A program made the translations under genes and the position numbers. A stretch of 64,000 nucleotides of DNA from Myxococcota bacterium (GTDB taxonomy: Bacteria; Myxococcota_A; UBA796; CAJQPC01): assembly GCA_036229005.1 (NCBI GenBank), contig JAZAMN010000049.1:64001-128000 (forward strand), in the 5' to 3' direction. Positions 29,965-38,359 of this stretch are shown in pieces. The notes beneath the pieces were generated by a model that worked only from the letters and a program-made list of their open reading frames with translations, made no database searches and was not told where the DNA came from. The first letter of the stretch is position 1. Each line of letters begins with the position of its first letter.

Positions 29965-29998
29965 CGCCCAGGCCCCCGAAGCGGGAGGGGCCGGGGCG
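29965..29998. terminator. GC-rich hairpin between convergent genes
   Basis: CGCCCAGGCCCC...GGGGCCGGGGCG with one mismatch; no clear U-tract. Confidence 0.35.
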
Positions 29999-30004
29999 CC
30001 CCGC

Positions 30005-33000
30005 TCAGAAGACCTCGCGCAGGCCCATGGTCCGGGTGGACAGGTAGGGGTCCGAGGTGACGTTCATCTCGCCGACCGTGCTGCTGTTGGTCGTGGGCTC
30101 GGAGGTCCCGTAGTAGATGCCGTGCTCGCCGATCGCGACGGAGCTGGGGTAGCCGTCCACGGTCAGGGAGTCGGAGTCCGCGACGCCATCACCGTCGGTG
30201 TCGACGTTGCCGCTGCAGTCCTCGAAGTCCAGGCCGTAGATGCGACCCGTGCCGTCGGAGCAGCGGTCGGAGGCGGGCTCGTAGGTCGGGAAGTAGACCG
30301 TTCCGGCGTAGATCACGGGATCACCGGTGAGGCCCTCGCCGGCGTTCAGGGTGTAGGCCCCGCCCGTCCCGCAGTCCGTGATGGCGGTCGCGGAGGCGCA
30401 GGTCAGCGGGGTCTCGTCCTTGACCGCGAAGAAGTAGCCGTAGTCGGTGCTGTCCCGGTCATAGGGCGTGCCCGAGCCCCAGTAGACGCCCAGGGAGCCG
30501 TCGCCATGCCAGGAGGTCGTGGGGGCGTAGTAGACCTCGGGGCGCTCGCCCACCGTGTCCAGCGGGTCGTAGAACTCACACCAGGTGGGGTCGTCCAGGT
30601 CCGAGGTGTCGATGATGGCCTTGTACAGCCAAGTGTACCCGGGGTCGGCCATGTCGTTGAGGCCGGCGAGGCCGTCACCGTCGGGGTCACCCATGTCCGC
30701 GGGCTCGTAGGAGGAGGACACGGGGAAGTAGACGACGTCCACGTCACCGTCGGAGTCCACGTCCACCGCAGCCACGGAGCCCGAGATGTAGCCGAACTCG
30801 TCGTTGCCATCGAGGTCGGCGTCGAGGGCGCTGAGGATGGAGCCCTCGGGGTGGCCGTTGGAGCCCTCCTCGGACAGACCGACGCTGCTGCTTCCCCAGT
30901 AGTCGTCCCCGATGGCCCAGAGGTAGAGGTTGGGCTCGGTGTAGTCTTCCGTGTCGCCCGTGACACCCAGCGGGACCTGGCGACCACCACCCCACATGGC
31001 CACCCAGGTGTCCTTGGGGTCGGCGGAGTCCTCGTTGTTGTAGAGGTTGGCGATGACCGGCGTGGAGACCGTGTAGCCCATCGCCGCGACGTCGCTGTCG
31101 TTGGTCTGCTCCCAAAGGAACTTGGGGTGCTGGGTGTCGGTGATGTCCAGCGCCAGCGTGACCGGGCCGCCCTTGCCCTGCTGGACGACCAGCACGCGCT
31201 TCCACTCGCCGCCGTCCATGGCCTTGGCGCCGTCGGGGCTGCTGCCGTCGCTGCCGTCGATCCAGACGTCTTCCACCACCGGTGAGCCGTCGAACAGGAA
31301 GGTGCGGCCGTACCACATCATGTCGATGAGGTTGCCCGACCACTCCTCGTCCTTCTCGGCGTAGAGGGTGTTCGCGGGGATCCAGGCCCAGAGCTCCTCG
31401 CCTTCCTCGTTGCAGTCCCAGGAGAGGGAGCCGGTCGGAGAGCAGGAGGTGGTGGAGTCGTCCTTGAGGCGGAATGCGTGCAGCATTCCGTCGTTGGCCG
31501 CCACGAAGACCGCCTCGGGCACGTCATCGGAGACAAGGTCCTCCAGGAAGTTCCGGTAGGTGGGATCGATCGCGTAGACGTTGTTGCGAGGCTGCACGAC
31601 CACGGGGCGGCTGTGGGGGGAGTCGCCCAGCTTCCAGTAGCCGTGGGTCTCGTCCAGGTAGCGGTACTCGGCGGTGGGGAGACCACGCGTGAAGTCGACA
31701 AGGGCCTGGAGGTCGTCGGTGTCCACCGTGCAGTCGGTGTCGTAGCCGTCCAGGTTGTAGGCCTGGTTGTCCGGGCACCCGTCCGCGTCCAGGTCGTCGG
31801 TGAGCAGGAAGTGGTCCAGGAAGCTGGGATCCGAGCCGGACATGATGGTGTCCACCGAGTCCACGAACTCAAGGTCGAAGCCCATGCGGTGGTAGGTGTT
31901 GGCCTCGGAGTACAGCGAGGTGCTGGAGTGGCTCATGAACTCCGGCACGAAGGTGTAGATGTCGCGCTGGCCCAGACCGTCGCGGTCATCGGGGTTGGAC
32001 TCGGAGGCGACGACCGGGCGGGAGACCAGCAGGTCGCCGGCGTCCCAGACCGCCCCACCGAACTGGGTCTTGGAGCTGTCGTACTCCACCGCGCCGTAGG
32101 TGGTGGACGTGGGGTCGGTGTCGATGGTGTAGGCCCGGACGTGGCCCTCGGCCAAGGGGTTGTCGCCGGTGATCTCGTAGAAGGAGAAGATGATGTACTC
32201 GCCGTCCGCGCTGACCACCGGGGCGGAGCGGCTGTAGTAGCCCTGGCGGATGTACCCCATGATGGTCATCACGCCGGAGATGATCTCCTCGCCGGAGTCC
32301 GCGACCGTGTAGACGCCCTCCCCGCCCGTCTCGTTCATCGCGTTGCCGTACAGGTTCTCCGCGACGCTGGCGCCGTCGATCTTCACGCCGACGGTGTGGA
32401 CGGTCACCGACTGGTCCCCGCTCAGGTCACTGCGGGCGTCGCCGTTGAACATGTAGTGCGCCGTGTTGTCGTACAGGCAGTCCTGGTCCGTGCCCGATGT
32501 GATGCCCGCGCTGTAGGTGCACTTGATGTCGGTGCCCAGGCTGGAGCCGCTGGACTTGTTGCTGGCGTTCTTGTCGTCCCGCGGCAGGTCCGCGGTGATG
32601 ACGATGATGTGGGTCTCCTGGCAGGCCCAGGTGATGGCCGCGTCGCAGAAGTCCGTGCTGGCGTCCACGAAGGAGTCGGACAGGTAGCCAGGGCAGCTCC
32701 CCGAACCGGTGCGCTGGAGGTAGTCCCAAGAGGTCGACAGGACCTCGGCCAGGTTGCGCGTGGTGGTGCCGGTCTGGGCGCTGGCGCCCCAAGAGGTCGT
32801 GGTGGTGCCGCCCGCGTGGATCCCGGAGACGCTGGCGAAGTTGTCCAGGGCGGTGGAGATCTGCGAGTGGGTGGAGCCCAAGGGGGCGATGGGCACGAAG
32901 TAGTTGTCGTTGTGCCGGTCCGTGGTCCCCACCACCCCGAAGTAGGCCCAGTCGTAGTGCTGGCTGAGCTGCTCGATGGAGTCGATGGCGTACTCGAGGC

Positions 33001-33259
33001 AGGAGCTGCCCGCCAGGGTCCCCGCCGTGTCCCCAGTGTCGCCCACATCCGGGGTCTCGCCGCAGTCGTTCAACATCTCGTCGGAGAGGTCGAGGACGAA
33101 GAGGATGTTGGGCGGGGCGGCTTCAGCGTTGGACAGGAACTCCTCTCCAGCAGCGGAGGAGGCGGCCTGCGCAGGCGATGACACCAGGGTGGCCAGCGAA
33201 CAGACGCCCAGGAACAGGCCCAGGCCAGCGATGACGCGTGAGGGTGCTTGCTGCTTCAT
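30005..33259 (-). CDS. pilY1: PilY1-like pilus tip adhesin
   Basis: Signal peptide; PPNILFVLD vWA-like start; WKLGDSPHSRP, VAANDGMLHAF, GEELWAWIP, DGSP and ALDITD beta-propeller motifs. Last gene of the minor pilin operon. Confidence 0.9.
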   Translation of the reverse strand: MKQQAPSRVIAGLGLFLGVCSLATLVSSPAQAASSAAGEEFLSNAEAAPPNILFVLDLSDEMLNDCGETPDVGDTGDTAGTLAGSSCLEYAIDSIEQLSQHYDWAYFGVVGTTDRHNDNYFVPIAPLGSTHSQISTALDNFASVSGIHAGGTTTTSWGASAQTGTTTRNLAEVLSTSWDYLQRTGSGSCPGYLSDSFVDASTDFCDAAITWACQETHIIVITADLPRDDKNASNKSSGSSLGTDIKCTYSAGITSGTDQDCLYDNTAHYMFNGDARSDLSGDQSVTVHTVGVKIDGASVAENLYGNAMNETGGEGVYTVADSGEEIISGVMTIMGYIRQGYYSRSAPVVSADGEYIIFSFYEITGDNPLAEGHVRAYTIDTDPTSTTYGAVEYDSSKTQFGGAVWDAGDLLVSRPVVASESNPDDRDGLGQRDIYTFVPEFMSHSSTSLYSEANTYHRMGFDLEFVDSVDTIMSGSDPSFLDHFLLTDDLDADGCPDNQAYNLDGYDTDCTVDTDDLQALVDFTRGLPTAEYRYLDETHGYWKLGDSPHSRPVVVQPRNNVYAIDPTYRNFLEDLVSDDVPEAVFVAANDGMLHAFRLKDDSTTSCSPTGSLSWDCNEEGEELWAWIPANTLYAEKDEEWSGNLIDMMWYGRTFLFDGSPVVEDVWIDGSDGSSPDGAKAMDGGEWKRVLVVQQGKGGPVTLALDITDTQHPKFLWEQTNDSDVAAMGYTVSTPVIANLYNNEDSADPKDTWVAMWGGGRQVPLGVTGDTEDYTEPNLYLWAIGDDYWGSSSVGLSEEGSNGHPEGSILSALDADLDGNDEFGYISGSVAAVDVDSDGDVDVVYFPVSSSYEPADMGDPDGDGLAGLNDMADPGYTWLYKAIIDTSDLDDPTWCEFYDPLDTVGERPEVYYAPTTSWHGDGSLGVYWGSGTPYDRDSTDYGYFFAVKDETPLTCASATAITDCGTGGAYTLNAGEGLTGDPVIYAGTVYFPTYEPASDRCSDGTGRIYGLDFEDCSGNVDTDGDGVADSDSLTVDGYPSSVAIGEHGIYYGTSEPTTNSSTVGEMNVTSDPYLSTRTMGLREVF

Positions 33260-33263
33260 GGGG

Positions 33264-33812
33264 TCACCGAACCTTGCAGGCGCCCGGCATCACCTTTCGG
33301 ATGGTGGCGACGGACGTGGCCTGGGTGTTGTTGATGGACGAGAAGGTGCTGTCGGTCATGCGCGCGGTGGCGGACATGCTCCAGTAGTCGGAGCGGTAGC
33401 CGTTGCGGCCTTGCTCCGTGGAGTAGCCAGGGGGCGGGTTGCCGCAGCGCTCGAAGACGGCCTCGACCCAGTACACGCCCAGGTTCTGCGCGTAGCTGGT
33501 GCCGCCGTACTTGGTGTCGCCGGAGCTCATGGACACCCAGTCGCCCGAGTCGGGGGCGGAGGAGTCGACGTTCTCGGCGTAGGGGTTGTCCGTGGAGAGC
33601 TTGATGCGGGCGTGCTCGGTGCCGGCCACGCTGGTGTTGAACACCATCATGTGCTTGGCGTTGTGCTGCGCGATGCGCTGGTCCGCGCCGGCGATCTTGA
33701 GGCTGGTCGTGCCGACGACGCCGATGAGCGCCAGGAGCACCAGCGCCACGAGCATCACGTAGCCGCGACGCTGCAGGCGGAGGGGGGGACGGCGGTGGGA
33801 GGTCATGGGCAT
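33264..33812 (-). CDS. pilX: Minor pilin PilX
   Basis: RRG|YVMLVALVLL class III signal lacking E5, as is typical of PilX. Confidence 0.8.
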   Translation of the reverse strand: MPMTSHRRPPLRLQRRGYVMLVALVLLALIGVVGTTSLKIAGADQRIAQHNAKHMMVFNTSVAGTEHARIKLSTDNPYAENVDSSAPDSGDWVSMSSGDTKYGGTSYAQNLGVYWVEAVFERCGNPPPGYSTEQGRNGYRSDYWSMSATARMTDSTFSSINNTQATSVATIRKVMPGACKVR

Positions 33813-34879
33813 CAGAAGTCGTGCAGCAGGCGGAGGTTGCGGAACATCACCTTGGAGGTGTGCGAGGTGCGCGAGTACCCGTCCTTGGTCCCGGTGGGCG
33901 CGTGGTTCTCCAGGCTCTGGGGCGCGGTGACCTCGGTCTCGGTGCGAGAGACCCGCGAGGAGCGCGACACCAGGGAGTAGCGCATCATCCAGGCCTCCAG
34001 GCTCTGGTCGCGGGTCAGGGTGTTGACCCAGTCCGAGCTGCCGTCCGTGCAGGTCCCTTCGGCCGGGCAGTAGGCGAGCTGGAGGTCCTCGATGTCGTCG
34101 ACCAGGGGGATGTCGTCGCCGTCGGGGGTCCCGTCCACGAAGTCGAAGTCCAGGTCCATCATCAGCACCGGGTGGTCCTGGCTGCCCGGGCCCACGCCGT
34201 CGGCCTCGTTGTCGTCGATGTAGAAGGTCACCACCTGCGCGCGGCTGCAGTGCATGACCGGCGGCAGGTTGGCCCCGACCGCGCTGGAGTAGTCCAGCAG
34301 GCTGCTGGCATCCAGGACAGTGACCACCCCGCTGGCGTGCCCGTCGGCGGCGATCTCCCAGATGAAGGAGTTGATGCCCGAGACGTTGGCGTAGTCCCAG
34401 CAGATCATCAGGTCACCCGCCGACAAGGCCGAGAGCTTGGTGCTGTAGCCGGGCCGCTGGTAGGGGAAGGTGATGGTGGTCGTGGACGCCGTCTCGATGG
34501 TCAGGGGGCTGGTCATCATCTCCATGGAGGGGTCCGCGTAGATGAAGGTCACGGCGTCGTGGCTGCCACTCCAGGCGTCCCAGGTGATGATCGGAGGCAG
34601 CCCGTAGCTGTTGTCCGCGCTGCTGCCGTCCCAGCCCATGACCCCGTAGACCTCGCCGCCGGTGCCGTAGCCGGCCATGCGCCCGGAGCGGGAGAGGATG
34701 TCCGAGGCGAAGCGCAGGTTCTGGTGCATGTTCATCGCCTGGTCCTGCTTGAGGAACTGCCGGGACTGCTGCGAGAACAGGCTGTAGAGCCCCGCGACCA
34801 CGATGACCGAGATGCTCACGGCGATGAGCATCTCCAGCATGGTGAAGCCATCCCGGCGCTGGCGACTCAGGGTGCTCAC
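33812..34879 (-). CDS. pilW: Minor pilin PilW
   Basis: RDG|FTMLEMLIA, QNLR...RMAGY and IEDLQLAY. GTG start overlaps the pilV stop. Confidence 0.85.
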   Translation of the reverse strand: MSTLSRQRRDGFTMLEMLIAVSISVIVVAGLYSLFSQQSRQFLKQDQAMNMHQNLRFASDILSRSGRMAGYGTGGEVYGVMGWDGSSADNSYGLPPIITWDAWSGSHDAVTFIYADPSMEMMTSPLTIETASTTTITFPYQRPGYSTKLSALSAGDLMICWDYANVSGINSFIWEIAADGHASGVVTVLDASSLLDYSSAVGANLPPVMHCSRAQVVTFYIDDNEADGVGPGSQDHPVLMMDLDFDFVDGTPDGDDIPLVDDIEDLQLAYCPAEGTCTDGSSDWVNTLTRDQSLEAWMMRYSLVSRSSRVSRTETEVTAPQSLENHAPTGTKDGYSRTSHTSKVMFRNLRLLHDF

Positions 34880-35409
34880 GAGGCCCCCTGGCCGTCGTCG
34901 ACGAACTTGTAGGAGCTGATGGTCATGCCGTGGCGCTTGCTGGCGCCGGTGCCCAGGAAGAGGCGGTCGTCCCAGGCGCAGCGCACCCAGATCTGCACCC
35001 ACTCGCCGTTGGTGGAGTTGTCCTCGACCTCCCAGGTGATGAAGTAGGTCGCCTCCGGGCGGCCGGCGCTCTCGCTCCCCTTCTGCTCCCAGGTGGAGTT
35101 GACCGCGGTGGGGTCAGAGCCCCCACTGGGGTGGTAGAGCGAGCCGTAGCGCGTGCCCACGCCCGAGGTCCCGCTGGCCAGGTCGGTCCCGCTGCGGCCG
35201 CCGGTGCTGGTCCACTCCGTGGCGAGCAGCTCCTCCATCTTGGACTGGGACAGGTAGGTGCAGTCGGTCACCTTGCGCGCCGTGACGTTCGAGCGCACGG
35301 ACTGGTTGTGGAGCCCGAACATCACCACCAGGGCGAAGCCCAGCAGGGCCGTGGCGATGAGCACCTCGACCAGGGTGAAGCCAGAGCGGCGGGAGCGGAG
35401 AAGCATCAA
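34876..35409 (-). CDS. pilV: Minor pilin PilV
   Basis: RSG|FTLVEVLIA and QSKMEEL. Confidence 0.82.
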   Translation of the reverse strand: MMLLRSRRSGFTLVEVLIATALLGFALVVMFGLHNQSVRSNVTARKVTDCTYLSQSKMEELLATEWTSTGGRSGTDLASGTSGVGTRYGSLYHPSGGSDPTAVNSTWEQKGSESAGRPEATYFITWEVEDNSTNGEWVQIWVRCAWDDRLFLGTGASKRHGMTISSYKFVDDGQGAS

Positions 35410-36071
35410 GAACCTTCGGAAGCTGCTGCAGCGCCCACGGTACCAGCATCGCGGCTGCCGAGGGAGGTGGTCATGGTCACGTTGCCCGAGCGCGAGAGCT
35501 TGAGGTCGATGTGGTCATCCACCCCGCTGCGCCAGGCCTCCTTGTTCACCACCGTCAGGGTGATGTAGCCATCGCTCCCGAAGTCGTCCGAGGGGTTGGA
35601 CACCCAGCCCCGGGGAGAGAACACGATGGCGCTGCTGTTGCCGGTCCAGGGCCCGCTCAGGGGCTCCCACTCGTCCAACGAGACCCCCCGGCTGTAGTGC
35701 CGCCCGTCCTGGGACAGGTCCACCACCCCGCGCCCGGCGTCGCCCAGGTCCGTCCAGGTGCGGGAGTCCATGGCCTTGTCGCCCACCTGCAGCCGCCAGC
35801 TCCCCGCGTTGGCGCTGTCGGGGTCGTCCGAGGCGCTGTCCGCCTCGACCAGCAGAAGGCGCGTCTCCAGGCCCTGCTCCACCGCAGTGTTGCGGAGCGA
35901 CATCACGTCCTGGCGGAGGTCCTTGGCCACCTGCACCGAGCGGAAGCGGGGGAGCTGCTCCCGGGTGGAGCCCACGCCCAGCACAACGATGATCCCGATG
36001 ATGGAGATCACCACCAGAAGCTCGATCAGCGTGAAGCCCCGGCGGGGGCGGCGTTGAGGACTCAAGGGCAA
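35406..36071 (-). CDS. fimU: Minor pilin FimU/FimT-like
   Basis: RRG|FTLIELLVV and IVFSPRG. TTG 36071 follows GGAG (start uncertain). Confidence 0.8.
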   Translation of the reverse strand: MPLSPQRRPRRGFTLIELLVVISIIGIIVVLGVGSTREQLPRFRSVQVAKDLRQDVMSLRNTAVEQGLETRLLLVEADSASDDPDSANAGSWRLQVGDKAMDSRTWTDLGDAGRGVVDLSQDGRHYSRGVSLDEWEPLSGPWTGNSSAIVFSPRGWVSNPSDDFGSDGYITLTVVNKEAWRSGVDDHIDLKLSRSGNVTMTTSLGSRDAGTVGAAAASEGS

Positions 36072-36096
36072 GACGGACTCCGACTCCAGAATGTAC

Positions 36097-36113
36097 TGCA
36101 AGATCCGATCCAG
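36097..36113 (-). promoter_or_regulatory. sigma54 -24/-12 promoter for the minor pilin operon
   Basis: Minus strand CTGGATCGGATCTTGCA: GG-N10-GC with TGG and TTGCA, 25 nt before the fimU start. Confidence 0.7.
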
Positions 36114-36152
36114 GGCGGGTCCCCGACCCCATCGGCCTCCACGTCCCTCAGA

Positions 36153-36195
36153 GTCAGGAAAACTTTTCCCATCTGGGAAATCTTTTCCTACTGAC
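36153..36195. promoter_or_regulatory. AT-rich nested palindrome, candidate enhancer (UAS)
   Basis: GTCAG-GAAAA-CT-TTTCCCA-TC-TGGGAAA-TC-TTTTCC-TA-CTGAC, with a perfect core TTTCCCA/TGGGAAA. Confidence 0.55.
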
Positions 36196-36976
36196 CCTGC
36201 GGGCAGTCCTCCGTGACCTTGGAGCGGCGGCGGTGCACCTGCCGGCGCGCAGCGGGCAGGTTCGGGAGCTGCGCACCGGTGGCCTCGGCGGCGTCCAGAT
36301 CCTTGTCCGCGGCGTCGAGCCACTGCAGGACCGCAGGGGTTGTGCCCGCGCAGTCCTGAACATCCACGCGCCCGCTCGTCATCCGCACCAGGACCAGGGC
36401 CCGGAGCTCCAGCAGCAGCCCCTGGAAGCGCTTCTCGGTGCTCCCCTTCTCCAGGGAGGCGTCGATGGTGTCCAGCGCGCGCTGGTACTCGCCCATGCGG
36501 AAGAGCGCCTCGGCCAGGTTGTAGCCGTGCTCGCCCCGCTCGGGCTCCAACTCGGCGGCCTGCTCCAGGTAGGGAAGCGCCCCCTGCGGGTCCCCCTGGG
36601 AGAGCAGCAGGAGCCCCAGACTGCCCAGCACGCGCGGGTCCTTGGGGTCCAGGGCCAGCGCCTGCTCGTAGTGGGTGCGCGCCTGCGCCGGGTTGCCCTC
36701 GGCCATCGCCGCGGAGCCCAGCCCCCGGATGCAGCGCACCTCTTCCGGAGAGGCCCGCAGACAGCGCTTGAAGAACTCCCGCGCGCGGTCGGGCTCGCCG
36801 CTGAGGTGGTAGAGCCAGCCCAGACCATAGAGGGCCCCCACGTGGTCGGCGTCGCGGTCCAGCGCCTTGCGGTAGCGGGCCTCGGCCTCGACGAGCTCAC
36901 CGGCGCGCAGAGCCTTGTCCCCGCGCTTGGTGCGCGCGTCCGCGGAGCAGGCCAGCAGGAGCAGCAGCAGGGTCAT
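36188..36976 (-). CDS. TPR lipoprotein (possible pilotin, Tgl/PilF-like)
   Basis: MTLLLLLLAC lipobox and about 5 TPRs. ATGA overlap with the regulator gene. Confidence 0.65.
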   Translation of the reverse strand: MTLLLLLLACSADARTKRGDKALRAGELVEAEARYRKALDRDADHVGALYGLGWLYHLSGEPDRAREFFKRCLRASPEEVRCIRGLGSAAMAEGNPAQARTHYEQALALDPKDPRVLGSLGLLLLSQGDPQGALPYLEQAAELEPERGEHGYNLAEALFRMGEYQRALDTIDASLEKGSTEKRFQGLLLELRALVLVRMTSGRVDVQDCAGTTPAVLQWLDAADKDLDAAEATGAQLPNLPAARRQVHRRRSKVTEDCPQGQ

Positions 36977-38337
36977 TCGAGCCCATAGTCGCGGATCTTG
37001 TAGACCAGCGCCTTGTAGGAGATCTCCAGCAGCCGCGCGGCCTGGCTGCGGTTGCCCCCCGTCTGCTCCAGGGCCGCGGCGATCAGGCGGCGCTCCAGGC
37101 GGGCCGTCTCCAGCTTGATGGACAGGCTGCCGGTGTCCTCGCTGGCACCAGGGGGCTTGGGGGTGTCCAGCGCCGGGAGGTCCCGGAGTTGCAGTCGCGC
37201 GCCCTCGGCCAGCAGCATGGCCCGCTCGATCACATTCTCCAGCTCCCGCACGTTCCCGGGCCAGGAGTGGCTCAGCAGCGCCCGCAAGGCATCGGGGTCC
37301 ACCCCCTGCACCCGCTTGTCGAAGCGCGCGTTGAAGCGGCTGATGAAGTGATCGGCGAGGTCCGGCAGGTCCCCCAACCGCTCGCGCAACGGGGGCGTAC
37401 GCAAGTGAACGACGTTGAGGCGGTAGTAGAGGTCATCGCGGAAGCGACCGGCGGCGACCTCCTGCTGCAGGTCCCTGGCGGTGGCCGCGACCAGGCGCAC
37501 GTCGACCTGGATGTCCTTGCTGCCGCCGATGCGTCGCAGGGTCTGCTCCTGGAGCACCCGCAGCAGCTTGACCTGGAGGGCGCGGGGCATCTCCCCGACC
37601 TCGTCCAGCAGCAGGGTGCCGCCGTCGGCCTGCTCGAAGAGCCCCGCCCGCTCGCGCACCGCCCCGGTGAAGGCCCCACGCACGTGCCCAAAGAGCTCCG
37701 ACTCCAACAGGTTCTCCGGGATGGCCCCGCAGTTGACCGCCACAAAGGGCGCCTGCGCCCGGTCCGAGAGCTGGTGCACGCAGCGCGCGACGAGCTCCTT
37801 TCCGCTGCCCGACTCGCCGGTGATCAACACGGTGCTGGGGTAGCCGGCGACCTTGTGCAGGGTGTCGACCAGGGCCTGCATGGGCTTGCTGCGGCCGACC
37901 AGCCCCTCCACGCCGCGCTCCCGCATCTCGGCGCGCAGGCGGGCGTTCTCCAGGGTCAGGCGCTCCCGCTCTTCGACCTTGCCGAGCACCAGCAGGATCT
38001 CGTCGGGCTTGAAGGGCTTGCCGATGTAGTCGGTGGCCCCGCGCTTCATGGCCTCCAGCGCCAGCTCCATCGAGCCGTAGGCGCTCATGACCACCGTGTG
38101 CACGCGGCGCTCCCGCTCGGCCAGCGCGTCCAGGAACCCCAGGCCGTCCAGGCGGGGCATGCGCACATCGCAGAGCACCAAGGAGAGCTCGGGCTGCGCG
38201 TCCAGTACGGCCAGGGCCTCGATCCCATCGGAGGCGGTGATCACCTCATAGCCGGCGCGCTCGAGCACCAGGCGCGTCATGTGGCGCAGGCTCTCTTCGT
38301 CGTCGACGACCAGGATGCGGCGGGGGCGCTCGGACAC
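36973..38337 (-). CDS. sigma54-dependent response regulator (NtrC/PilR family)
   Basis: Receiver (ILVVDDE, CDVRMP, KPF), AAA+ (GESGSGKE, GAFTGA, LLLDEVGE, FRDDLYYRL), Fis-type HTH. Confidence 0.93.
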   Translation of the reverse strand: MSERPRRILVVDDEESLRHMTRLVLERAGYEVITASDGIEALAVLDAQPELSLVLCDVRMPRLDGLGFLDALAERERRVHTVVMSAYGSMELALEAMKRGATDYIGKPFKPDEILLVLGKVEERERLTLENARLRAEMRERGVEGLVGRSKPMQALVDTLHKVAGYPSTVLITGESGSGKELVARCVHQLSDRAQAPFVAVNCGAIPENLLESELFGHVRGAFTGAVRERAGLFEQADGGTLLLDEVGEMPRALQVKLLRVLQEQTLRRIGGSKDIQVDVRLVAATARDLQQEVAAGRFRDDLYYRLNVVHLRTPPLRERLGDLPDLADHFISRFNARFDKRVQGVDPDALRALLSHSWPGNVRELENVIERAMLLAEGARLQLRDLPALDTPKPPGASEDTGSLSIKLETARLERRLIAAALEQTGGNRSQAARLLEISYKALVYKIRDYGLE

Positions 38338-38359
38338 CCCCCCAGTGTAGCCTGCGCCC

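Noticed and set aside
33264..36071. Type II secretion pseudopilins
   Set aside because: Linkage to pilY1 and pilMNOPQ and the absence of gspC/E/F/L support type IVa minor pilins.
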